From assembly GCA_025356665.1 (NCBI GenBank), contig JANXRV010000094.1:6265-70264 (forward strand): DNA of 64,000 bases, written 5' to 3'. This document shows, in pieces, positions 30,808 to 39,168 of this stretch (position 1 is its first letter; each line of letters opens with the position of its first letter). Made by a program: the position numbers and the translations under genes. The notes under the pieces are model-generated. The model did not search any database and was not told the origin of the DNA. It worked only from the letters and a program-made list of their open reading frames with translations. The stretch comes from Pseudomonadota bacterium (lineage in GTDB: Bacteria; Pseudomonadota; Gammaproteobacteria; Burkholderiales; SG8-39).

Positions 30808-31572
30808 ATGAAACTCGCCACCTGGAACGTCAACTCACTCAAGGTCCGCCTGCCGCATGTGCTCGACTGGCTGGGCAAAAACCAGCCGGACGCGCTGTGC
30901 CTGCAAGAGCTGAAAATGGAGGATGCAAAATTTCCGCTGGCGGATATCCAAGCCGCCGGCTACCACGCGGCCTTCCTCGGACAAAAAACCTATAACGGCG
31001 TCGCCATTCTTTCGCGCATCCCGGCCGAGGATGTCGTGCACAACATCCCAGATCACGCCGACGAACAAAAGCGCGTCATCGGCGCGACGATTGCCGGCGT
31101 ACGCGTCATTTGCGCCTACGTTCCCAACGGGCAATCGATCGGCTCCGACAAATACGCCTACAAACTAAACTGGTTGGCGGCATTTCACCGCTGGCTGGCG
31201 CAAGAGGCGGAACGCCACCCGCGCATCGCCGTTCTGGGCGACTACAACATCGCCCCGGAAGACCGCGACGTACACGACCCCAAAGCCTGGGAGGGCCAGG
31301 TTCTGGTGAGCGAACCGGAACGCGAGGCCTTTCGGGGCCTCATCGCGCTCGGTTTCACTGACAGCTTTCGCCTCTTTGATCAACCGGAAAAATCCTTCAC
31401 TTGGTGGGACTACCGCATGAACGGATTCAAGCGCAATCTGGGTATGCGCATCGACCACATTTTATTATCAAAAAAACTGGCAGAACAGTGCGCGCACTGC
31501 GCGGTTGATCTGGAACCGAGAAAACTTGAGCGTCCGTCAGACCACACCCCACTGGTGTGCGAACTGCGCTGA
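30808..31572 (+). CDS. xthA: Exodeoxyribonuclease III
   Basis: [15 protein letters not shown]...LCLQELK...[12 protein letters not shown]...RIDHILLS...SDHTPL are canonical Xth/APE1-family motifs. Confidence 0.9.
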   Translation: MKLATWNVNSLKVRLPHVLDWLGKNQPDALCLQELKMEDAKFPLADIQAAGYHAAFLGQKTYNGVAILSRIPAEDVVHNIPDHADEQKRVIGATIAGVRVICAYVPNGQSIGSDKYAYKLNWLAAFHRWLAQEAERHPRIAVLGDYNIAPEDRDVHDPKAWEGQVLVSEPEREAFRGLIALGFTDSFRLFDQPEKSFTWWDYRMNGFKRNLGMRIDHILLSKKLAEQCAHCAVDLEPRKLERPSDHTPLVCELR

Positions 31573-31648
31573 CCGGGGCGCCCCGCACGAGGGACTCTCC
31601 AACCTCGAGCGCATACCCTTGGCGCTTCGAACTTAAATCGAAAATAGC

Positions 31649-31679
31649 CTGGAAACCCACGCCAGTAGGCGCTTTCCAG
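31649..31679. repeat. REP-like imperfect palindromic element, copy A
   Basis: CTGGAAAcccacGCCagtaGGCgcTTTCCAG followed by CTTATC. Related copies lie at 46283-46315 and 58227-58256. Confidence 0.5.
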
Positions 31680-31891
31680 CTTATCGCCTAGAGCGGGCTA
31701 TGGCCTGTTTTCACGGCGAACGCACTACGCAATCACTTTGCGCACCCCTACAAAACGGAAGACGGCCTTCCCCGCGACGATTCCACTGCCGGACCTGCGC
31801 GCGCATCACACATCACCCCGCAGCATTTATGCCGCGTATTGGCAGTTATTGGCGGCTAACAAAGGGAATAATATTTCACGATACGCTTTAT

Positions 31892-31939
31892 TTTCCATAT
31901 TATGAAATTTACTGTCATTAATTTCCATATTATGAGATT
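31892..31939. repeat. Two 18-bp direct repeats (TTTCCATATTATGARATT) spaced 30 bp apart in an AT-rich island
   Basis: 31892-31909 and 31922-31939 are identical at 17 of 18 positions. The surrounding ~100 bp is far more AT-rich than the window average. Confidence 0.7.
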
Positions 31940-32061
31940 GAATTCCTGACGATAAAATCCTGTGCTAGTCTGCGTTTTCTGTCTTTGGTCCGGCAAACAT
32001 CCAAGCCATCGCGACCCACGCCGCGCAAACCTGGCAAAGACAGCACAAACGGAGGATTCAA

Positions 32062-33141
32062 ATGAACAAGACATACAAAATATTAATTATGGGTGCGTCC
32101 TACGGCTCATTGCTCGCGACCAAACTCGTGCTCGCCGGACACACCGTAAAAATGATCTGCCTCGCAGCCGAAGCCGAGGTATTCAACAAGGAAGGGGCCA
32201 TCGTGCGCCTGCCGATCAAAGGGCGCGCCGGGCTGGTCGAGATCGATTCACGCAAATTGCCCGGCAAGCTCTCCGCCGAGGCCCCCGGGACGGTCAAGCC
32301 CGCCGACTACGATCTCATCGCACTTGCCATGCAAGAGCCGCAATACCGTTCACCCGGCGTGCGCGAATTGCTCGAGGCCGTTGCGAAATCAAAAGTCCCG
32401 TGCATGTCGATCATGAACATGCCGCCATTGCCGTATGTGGCGCGCATCCCCGGAGTCGACGTCAACGCCTGCCGCGGCGCCTACACCGACCCCACCGTCT
32501 GGGACAGCTTTGATCCGGCACTGCTCACACTTTGCAGCCCGGACCCGCAGGCATTCCGCCCGCCGGAGGAAAAAGTCAATGTGCTGCAGGTCCGCCTGCC
32601 CACCAATTTCAAGGCGGCACGCTTCGATTCGGACGCACACACCGCCATCCTGCGCCAGCTGGAAGCCGATATTGAAGCGGCGCGCTTCGACACGCCGGAA
32701 GGAAAGATTGAATTGCCGGTGAAACTCAAGGTGCATGACTCGGTGTTCGTGCCGCTAGCCAAGTGGAGCATGCTCATGGCGGGCAACTACCGCTGCATCA
32801 CCGCCAAGGGCATGCGCCCCATCCAGGAAGCGGTGCACTCGGATATTGAAGCCTCACGGGCCGTCTACAGTTGGGTGGCCAAACTTTGCATGTCCTTGGG
32901 TGCCGCAGAGAAGGATCTGGTGCCTTTCGAGAAGTATGCCAATGCCGCGCAAGGGCTCGCCAGTCCGTCGTCGGCGGCGCGCGCACTGTTTGGCGGTGCC
33001 CAGAACATCGAACGCGTCGACCGGCTGGTGCAGACGATCGCGGCGCAAAAAGGCATGCGTTGCGCCGATATCGATGAGGTGGTGGCCCTGGTCGATGCAA
33101 AACTCGAATCCAATCGCGCGGCCGCTGCAGCGGTAAAGTAG
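32062..33141 (+). CDS. Hypothetical protein with a Rossmann-like N-terminus (ketopantoate-reductase-like at best)
   Basis: 359-aa ORF with a good RBS (GGAGGA 7 nt upstream). N-terminus KILIMGASYGSLLATKLVLAGHTV looks like a dinucleotide-binding beta-alpha-beta unit. I could not assign the rest of the protein to a family. Confidence 0.5.
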   Translation: MNKTYKILIMGASYGSLLATKLVLAGHTVKMICLAAEAEVFNKEGAIVRLPIKGRAGLVEIDSRKLPGKLSAEAPGTVKPADYDLIALAMQEPQYRSPGVRELLEAVAKSKVPCMSIMNMPPLPYVARIPGVDVNACRGAYTDPTVWDSFDPALLTLCSPDPQAFRPPEEKVNVLQVRLPTNFKAARFDSDAHTAILRQLEADIEAARFDTPEGKIELPVKLKVHDSVFVPLAKWSMLMAGNYRCITAKGMRPIQEAVHSDIEASRAVYSWVAKLCMSLGAAEKDLVPFEKYANAAQGLASPSSAARALFGGAQNIERVDRLVQTIAAQKGMRCADIDEVVALVDAKLESNRAAAAAVK

Positions 33142-33218
33142 GCAACCCTCCTGCGGGGACTTGCGCCTTTACGCGCGCCGTCCTCGCAGGACTACCGGCA
33201 GAACAGCACCCAACAGCA

Positions 33219-34634
33219 TCAGGCCTCTTCGGCCCGATTGCCCTTGTCTTCCAGACCGAGCTCCTGAATTTTGCGCGTAATGGTGTTGCGGCCGATGCCC
33301 AGCAAATTGGCCGCTTCAATGCGCCTCCCGCCGGTATGTGCCAGCGCCTTGGCGATAAGCACTTTTTCAAATTTTCGCGACAACGAATCCATGATGCCCG
33401 ACTCGCCGCGGGCGAGGGCTTTTTCCGCCTCGCGCGACAGCGCGCCAATCCAATCAGAACCCTGCACACGCGAAGATTCTTCACGCAACTCTGGCGGCAG
33501 ATCGTTGATTTCTATCGACTGCCCCGCCGCCATCACCGTCAGCCAGTGACAGACGTTCTCAAGCTGGCGCACGTTGCCCGGAAAGTCATGTGCGCTCAGA
33601 TAATTCATTGCCGCTTCGGTAAGACGCTTGGCCTCCATGCCAAGATCTTTCGCGCTCTTCGCCAGGAAATGACGCGCCAGCAGCGGAATATCCTCGCGCC
33701 GTTCGCGCAGTGACGGCAGGCGCAGACGAATGACGTTCAAGCGATGATAAAGGTCCTCGCGAAATTGTCCGTCCTTGACCCGCGCCTCAAGATTCTGGTG
33801 GGTCGCGGCAATGACACGCACATTGGACTTGATAGGTTGATGACCGCCGACGCGGTAAAAATTGCCGTCTGAAAGAACCCGTAACAGCCGCGTCTGCAAA
33901 TCAGGTGGCATGTCGCCGATCTCATCGAGAAACAGCGTCCCGCCTTCGGCCTGCTCAAAACGGCCACGGCGCATGGCTTGAGCACCGGTGAACGCGCCGC
34001 GCTCGTGACCAAACAGCTCGGACTCAAGCAGGTCCTTGGGCATTGCCGCGGTGTTGATTGCGACAAACGGCTTGGACGCGCGCGCACTATGTCGGTGCAG
34101 AGCTTGGGCGACCAACTCTTTGCCAGAACCCGATTCGCCGGTGATCAGCACCGTCGCATTGGATTGGGAAAGCCGACCGATGGCCCGAAACACTTCCTGC
34201 ATCGAAGGCGCCTGGCCGAGAATTTCCGGCGAGGTCTGAGCAACCTCAGCCACCTCGTCCTCGCGCATCGATTCATCGATTGCGCGCCTGATCAACTCGA
34301 CCGCCTGGTCGACATCGAAGGGTTTGGGCAGGTACTCAAACGCCCCGCCCTGAAACGCCGCCACCGCCGACTCCAGATCAGAATACGCGGTCATGATAAT
34401 CACCGGCAGCGTCGGATATCTTTGCTTGATGTTTTGCAACAAATCCAGGCCGGAAGTGCCCGGCATGCGAATGTCCGAAACGAGCACCTGCGGCGCCCCC
34501 GAGGCGAGCGCATCGATTGCATCCTGGGCAAGGGCGAAAGTCTTGTAGGGAATGCCCTCGCGCGTCAGCGCTTTTTCGAACACCCAGCGTATGGACTTGT
34601 CGTCATCAACGACCCAGACTGGTTTCATATTCAT
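33219..34634 (-). CDS. ntrC: Nitrogen regulation protein NR(I), sigma-54-dependent response regulator
   Basis: Receiver domain ([13 protein letters not shown]...SDIRMPG), AAA+ sigma-54 interaction domain ([22 protein letters not shown]) and a C-terminal Fis-type HTH. Confidence 0.9.
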   Translation of the reverse strand: MNMKPVWVVDDDKSIRWVFEKALTREGIPYKTFALAQDAIDALASGAPQVLVSDIRMPGTSGLDLLQNIKQRYPTLPVIIMTAYSDLESAVAAFQGGAFEYLPKPFDVDQAVELIRRAIDESMREDEVAEVAQTSPEILGQAPSMQEVFRAIGRLSQSNATVLITGESGSGKELVAQALHRHSARASKPFVAINTAAMPKDLLESELFGHERGAFTGAQAMRRGRFEQAEGGTLFLDEIGDMPPDLQTRLLRVLSDGNFYRVGGHQPIKSNVRVIAATHQNLEARVKDGQFREDLYHRLNVIRLRLPSLRERREDIPLLARHFLAKSAKDLGMEAKRLTEAAMNYLSAHDFPGNVRQLENVCHWLTVMAAGQSIEINDLPPELREESSRVQGSDWIGALSREAEKALARGESGIMDSLSRKFEKVLIAKALAHTGGRRIEAANLLGIGRNTITRKIQELGLEDKGNRAEEA

Positions 34635-34655
34635 TGGTTCTTTCTCATAATTCCG

Positions 34656-35738
34656 TCAGGGGAAAGGCAGCACGATGCGAAAACACGTTCTGCCAGGCTG
34701 GCTCTCCGCTTCGATGACGCCGTGATGATGCTGCACGAAGGTTTGCGCCAGCGTGAGGCCCAGGCCGGTCCCGCCTTCCCGACCGGAAACGAGCGGATAG
34801 AAGACTCGATCACGGATTTCAGGAGGAATTCCCGGCCCATCATCGATCACTTGCAATTCTAATGCCAGCCGATAACGCTTCCTCGCCAGCGTGACCTGCC
34901 GCACGACACGCGTGCGCAGCTCAATCACCCCGGAGCCCGAAAGTTGCGGCCACGTGGCCGGTTGTGCTGCAATCGCCTGTGCTGCGTTACGTGCGATATT
35001 CAGGATGACTTGAATCAGCTGTTCACGATCTCCCTGGATCTCCGGCAGGCTGGTGTCATAGTTACGACGAATCCGGATGCCGTTTGGAAACTCGGCCAGG
35101 ATCAGGCTGCGCACCCGCTCGCATACCTCGTGAATGTTGAGCGGGCCGATATGCGGCGGCCGGTGCGGCGTGAGCATGCGATCCATCAAGGACTGCAGCC
35201 GGTCCGCCTCCTTGATGATCACCTGGGTGTATTCGCGCAGTTCGGGGCGATCGAGCTCGCGTTCAAGCAACTGTGCCGAACCGCGCAAGCCGCCCAGCGG
35301 ATTCTTGATCTCGTGCGCCAGATTCCGGATCAGCTCGCGATTGGCCAGATGCTGGTTGAGCTGCTGCTCCTCGCGCTCGATACGCAGCTGCTGCTCAATC
35401 GGGCGCAACTCCATGATCAACTGAAAAGACCCGTTGTCCACCGGCGTCACAATGCAGTTGAGCGCAAGCGGCTCCAGTCCGGCGCGTCCGAGAATGCGCT
35501 CCTGCTCGGCAAACCCCCAACCGCTACCAATCGACTGACGCAGCTTCGCCTCGAATTCACCGGCATCTGTAAAGAGGTCAAGGAAAGGCTGGCCGAGAAT
35601 GCTCTTCTGGCCAACGTCAAAGAGCGCCTCGGCCGCAGGATTGAGGTATTGGACCGACAGACGCCCGTCTAGCGTCACCACCGCCGTGGCGAGCAGATCG
35701 AGTCCCGCATAGGACGGAGCAAGCATGCGCTTCAGCAA
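34656..35738 (-). CDS. ntrB: Nitrogen regulation sensor histidine kinase NR(II)
   Basis: PAS-like N-terminus, H-box LAHEIKNPLGGLRGSAQLL and an ATPase domain (DDGPGIP, GGTGLGL). It sits directly upstream of ntrC. Confidence 0.9.
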   Translation of the reverse strand: MLKRMLAPSYAGLDLLATAVVTLDGRLSVQYLNPAAEALFDVGQKSILGQPFLDLFTDAGEFEAKLRQSIGSGWGFAEQERILGRAGLEPLALNCIVTPVDNGSFQLIMELRPIEQQLRIEREEQQLNQHLANRELIRNLAHEIKNPLGGLRGSAQLLERELDRPELREYTQVIIKEADRLQSLMDRMLTPHRPPHIGPLNIHEVCERVRSLILAEFPNGIRIRRNYDTSLPEIQGDREQLIQVILNIARNAAQAIAAQPATWPQLSGSGVIELRTRVVRQVTLARKRYRLALELQVIDDGPGIPPEIRDRVFYPLVSGREGGTGLGLTLAQTFVQHHHGVIEAESQPGRTCFRIVLPFP

Positions 35739-35766
35739 CAGGCCGCGCAGCGACGCGCAGCGTTGC

Positions 35767-36255
35767 TTATTTGAGGGTGGAAAGTTCCTTTTGCAGCGCC
35801 TGGATGTTTTTCTGGTGCTGGTCTACCCTGTCCTTGAATGGCTGCAAACGTTCCGTCACCTTGGCGAAATTGCGCTCGTCGCCATTGCGCACCTGCTCCT
35901 GCTCGACGAGCTTCTGCTGCGCGTCCTTGAGAAACTGCTGCTCTGCGCCGAGTTCGGTTTGCAGTATCTTTCGTCTGCCGTCGTCGCGCGATTTTTGCGT
36001 CGCGACATCCACGCGCGGAAAGCCCGCCGGCGTCGTGGCAGCACGTGACGTCTGGCCGGCCGGTGCCGCCGGTATCGGTGGCACCACCGAAACCTCCCGG
36101 CTTACTGCCGTACATTTTTTGCCCGACATCTCTTCCTTGACATTGGTGTAAGTCGAACGCCCGTTTTCGTCCTTGCACAAATAAGTTGTGCCGGCACCTT
36201 GTGCCATCGACCAGGAGCTGGCGCAGATCAGAACCAAAACACTTGAATAGCGCAT
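35767..36255 (-). CDS. Secreted DUF4124-like coiled-coil protein
   Basis: I prefer the ATG at 36255 (MRYSSVLVLICASSWSMAQG signal peptide). A DUF4124-like segment (TYLCKDENGRSTYTN) is followed by a Pro-rich linker and a Gln/Glu-rich helical tail. It lies between glnA and ntrB. Confidence 0.6.
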   Translation of the reverse strand: MRYSSVLVLICASSWSMAQGAGTTYLCKDENGRSTYTNVKEEMSGKKCTAVSREVSVVPPIPAAPAGQTSRAATTPAGFPRVDVATQKSRDDGRRKILQTELGAEQQFLKDAQQKLVEQEQVRNGDERNFAKVTERLQPFKDRVDQHQKNIQALQKELSTLK

Positions 36256-36406
36256 GACATTCATCAGGAAATCGCCCGAGCGACACATCATCAAAAGAGT
36301 GCATGAAGTCTAGGCCAGAACCCACGTGATTTCAAACCTTTTACGGCTGCATTAATGAAAACGGGGGCAGCAATGCCCCCGTTGGAAAAAACATCCAAAC
36401 GATTGA

Positions 36407-37822
36407 TTACAGACTGTAATACATATCAAACTCGATCGGATGCGTGGTCATGCGGAAACGCGTGACCTCGTCCATCTTGAGTGTGATGTAGGCATCGAGC
36501 ATATCGTCGGAGAACACACCACCCTTGGTCAGGAAAGCGCGATCTTTGTCGAGTTCGGCCAGAGCCTGATCGAGCGAATGGCAGACGGTCGGAACCTTTG
36601 CCGCTTCTTCCGGCGGCAGGTGATACAAGTCCTTGTCGATCGGCTCGCCCGGATGGATTTTGTTCTGCACACCATCGAGGCCTGCCATCAACAACGCGGC
36701 AAACGCCATGTAGGGGTTGGCAGTGGGATCCGGGAAACGAACCTCTACACGACGCCCCTTGGGATCCGTGACATAGGGAATACGGCAAGCCGCCGAACGA
36801 TTGCGCGCAGAGTAAGCCAGGTTGATCGGCGCCTCGAAGCCCGGAACCAGGCGCTTGTAGCTGTTGGTACCCGGGTTGGTGATGGCGTTGAGCGCTTTGG
36901 CGTGCTTGATCACACCTCCGATGTAATACAGCGCGAAATCCGACAGCCCTGCATAACCGTCGCCGGCAAACAGGTTTTTGCCGTCCTTCCATACCGACTG
37001 GTGCACGTGCATGCCCGAACCATTGTCACCCACAACCGGCTTGGGCATGAAAGTGGCGGTCTTGCCATAGGACGCGGCAACCATGTGGACCGTGTACTTT
37101 AGAATCTGGTTCCAGTCGGCACGTTTTACCAGGCTGTTGAAACGCGTGCCGATTTCGCACTGGCCGGCCGTGGCGACTTCGTGGTGATGCACCTCGACTT
37201 CAACGCCCTGCGCTTCGAGCGCAAGCGACATCGCGTTACGGATGTCCTGCAGCGTATCGGTCGGCGGAACGGGGAAGTAACCGCCTTTTACCGGGGCGCG
37301 GTGCGCCATGTTGCCGCCGTCGTACTCGATGCCGCTCGACCAGGGCGCCTCTTCGGAACTGATTTTCACGAAGGATCCGGACATGTCCGCGGCCCAGGTG
37401 ACGGAATCAAAAATGAAAAATTCCGGCTCGGGGCCAAAGTAAGCCACATCGCCCAGTCCGCTGGACTTGAGATAAGCCTCGGCACGCTTGGCAAGCGAGC
37501 GCGGATCGCGGTCGTACCCTTTGCCGGTGGACGGCTCGATCACATCGCAAGTGATGTTAAGCGTGGTTTCATCGGTGAACGGATCGATGCGCGCCGAATC
37601 CGGATCCGGGTACAGCAGCATGTCTGAAGCTTCGATGCCCTTCCAGCCGGCGATCGATGAGCCGTCGAAGGCATGGCCGCTGTCGAACTTGTCCTGGGTA
37701 AATTGCTTGGAGGGCACCTGAACGTGTTGCTCCTTGCCCCGGGTGTCGGTGAATCGGATATCAACGAACTTGACTTCCTGATCCTTGATCATCTTCAGTA
37801 CATCGGCGGCAGACAATGCCAT
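36407..37822 (-). CDS. glnA: Glutamine synthetase type I
   Basis: 471 aa with canonical GSI motifs ([15 protein letters not shown], the adenylylation-loop region NLY-type, [10 protein letters not shown]). Confidence 0.95.
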   Translation of the reverse strand: MALSAADVLKMIKDQEVKFVDIRFTDTRGKEQHVQVPSKQFTQDKFDSGHAFDGSSIAGWKGIEASDMLLYPDPDSARIDPFTDETTLNITCDVIEPSTGKGYDRDPRSLAKRAEAYLKSSGLGDVAYFGPEPEFFIFDSVTWAADMSGSFVKISSEEAPWSSGIEYDGGNMAHRAPVKGGYFPVPPTDTLQDIRNAMSLALEAQGVEVEVHHHEVATAGQCEIGTRFNSLVKRADWNQILKYTVHMVAASYGKTATFMPKPVVGDNGSGMHVHQSVWKDGKNLFAGDGYAGLSDFALYYIGGVIKHAKALNAITNPGTNSYKRLVPGFEAPINLAYSARNRSAACRIPYVTDPKGRRVEVRFPDPTANPYMAFAALLMAGLDGVQNKIHPGEPIDKDLYHLPPEEAAKVPTVCHSLDQALAELDKDRAFLTKGGVFSDDMLDAYITLKMDEVTRFRMTTHPIEFDMYYSL

Positions 37823-37967
37823 TTTTTTCTCCTAAAGTACGGGTTACGTGAAAATCGTCGGACGGGGCGTGATTGGGCGTATGCGCAAAGTCACCAAACA
37901 TCATCTGCGAACGGACTCTGCCTGCGTATATTTCCAAACACATTGTGAGTAAGTGGAATAGAAATCA

Positions 37968-37982
37968 GCAGAAAGCATGCCA
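37968..37982 (-). promoter_or_regulatory. Sigma-54 (-24/-12) promoter of glnA
   Basis: The minus strand reads TGGCATGCTTTCTGC, with GG and GC at the canonical 10-bp spacing of TGGCAC-N5-TTGC. It lies ~146 nt upstream of the glnA ATG. Confidence 0.55.
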
Positions 37983-38046
37983 TCGTCAAAAACAGGGGCA
38001 ATCATTGTGCCACAAGCCTGCATGCTGAATTAGCTCCCAATTTACC

Positions 38047-38093
38047 GCACCATTATGGTGCTCTTGTGTTGAATAATGCAATATTACGGTGCG
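38047..38093. promoter_or_regulatory. Tandem NtrC-type enhancer sites
   Basis: GCACCATTATGGTGC (38047-38061) is a perfect palindrome matching TGCACC-N5-GGTGCA. TGCAATATTACGGTGCG (38077-38093) is a weaker copy. The centres are 31 bp apart, about -97 and -128 relative to the predicted glnA start site. Confidence 0.5.
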
Positions 38094-38155
38094 GACGTGG
38101 ACAGTCGCACCATACAGGTTCATTTTTACAACCTACAGAAAGACTCAAGTTTTTT

Positions 38156-38608
38156 ATGGAAACGCCTGAAGCCCTGTTTGAAAAAGCCCGGCAGCGCGCC
38201 CTTGAAGCGCGCTTGCCGTATGCCGGCGCCTTGCTACCAGATGAAGTACAAGCGCTGTTGCAATCGAATGTCGGCGCGCGCTTGGTGGATGTGCGCACAA
38301 AAGCAGAACTCGAATGGGTCGGCCGCGTGCCGGGCGCAATCGAAATCGAGTGGAACAGCTGGCCCGGCAGCCAACCCAATGCCAGCTTCATCGCGCAATT
38401 GCAGGCCGCGGTTCCGGCCGGTACCCCCTTGCTGTTCATGTGCCGCAGCGGTGTTCGCTCACACAATGCCGCGACTGCCGCAACGCAGGCCGGATTTGCG
38501 CAGAGTATTAATGTGCTGCAAGGATTTGAGGGCGACAAGGATCCGCTGGGCCAGCGCAACAACATTGGCGGGTGGCGCAAAGCCGGCCTGCCCTGGACGC
38601 AGTCATAA
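38156..38608 (+). CDS. Rhodanese-domain protein
   Basis: The ATG at 38156 gives METPEALFEKARQ... It has a rhodanese fold with the active-site loop FMCRSGVRS. The track start at 38066 lies inside the glnA enhancer and is unlikely. Confidence 0.8.
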   Translation: METPEALFEKARQRALEARLPYAGALLPDEVQALLQSNVGARLVDVRTKAELEWVGRVPGAIEIEWNSWPGSQPNASFIAQLQAAVPAGTPLLFMCRSGVRSHNAATAATQAGFAQSINVLQGFEGDKDPLGQRNNIGGWRKAGLPWTQS

Positions 38609-39111
38609 ATACCTGAACGCCTGAAAATCCGGACGCGCGTCCCTTGCGCTATTCCTGCAACACAAGTAGGCGAAGGCGCTCGATGACCGCCTGAGCAATG
38701 CGCGAGGGAGTTTTGACGCCGCCTGCTTCGCCCAGGAATGGCGCGATGACGCCGGCACCTGGTTTCGCTCCGAGGACAATGAGAACTGGTAATGCGACGC
38801 GTCGGACCTGATGCGCCGGCGCATCGCCAGCATCGGCGACCCGCGCATCAGCGCCGCTTAACACCAGTGTCGTTGTCAATGGCAGCCGGGCCACCGCCAC
38901 GATGACCATCCGCGGCTTTCCAACCTCCGCTTGCAAGCCCGTCAAAAATAGTCCGCCCCGCGCCGGTGCGCGCACGCACCAACTCGAACGCCGGTAGCTT
39001 GGTTTGCAGCCAGTCGCGTTCGCGTGAATGTGTTTCACAATATGACAAACTTCAACGAACCCGTTATCGCACAAGCACTTATCCGTCCGACAAGCGGAAG
39101 CGCAAACGACT

Positions 39112-39126
39112 TGGCACGGTTGATGC
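39112..39126 (+). promoter_or_regulatory. Sigma-54 (-24/-12) promoter upstream of cynA
   Basis: TGGCACGGTTGATGC has GG/GC spacing exactly as in TGGCACG-N4-TTGC. It lies 43 nt upstream of the GTG at 39169. Confidence 0.55.
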
Positions 39127-39168
39127 GAAGCCTCAATGACATACATAAAATTATTGAGGAGAAACAAG

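Noticed and set aside
31573-31595. Palindrome CGGGGCGCCCCG right after xthA as a terminator
   Set aside because: It is a perfect 12-bp palindrome with no loop and no following T-tract, so it is unlikely to act as an intrinsic terminator.
31841-31857. TGGCAGTTATTGGCG as a possible sigma-54 promoter upstream of the 359-aa gene
   Set aside because: The GG-to-GC spacing is one base short of the strict -24/-12 geometry, and the element is ~200 nt from the start codon. It is not convincing.
31856-32074. 72-aa minus-strand ORF across the AT-rich island (and the 73-aa plus-strand ORF at 31700..31921)
   Set aside because: The composition is driven by the AT-rich repeats (the FIIWK motif simply mirrors the DNA repeat). 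There is no RBS and no recognisable fold. Most likely non-coding.
39021-39040. CGTGA-N7-TCACA as a CRP-type site upstream of cynA
   Set aside because: The spacer is 7 rather than 6 bp and the left half-site is CGTGA. I kept it only as a generic palindrome in the cyn promoter finding.
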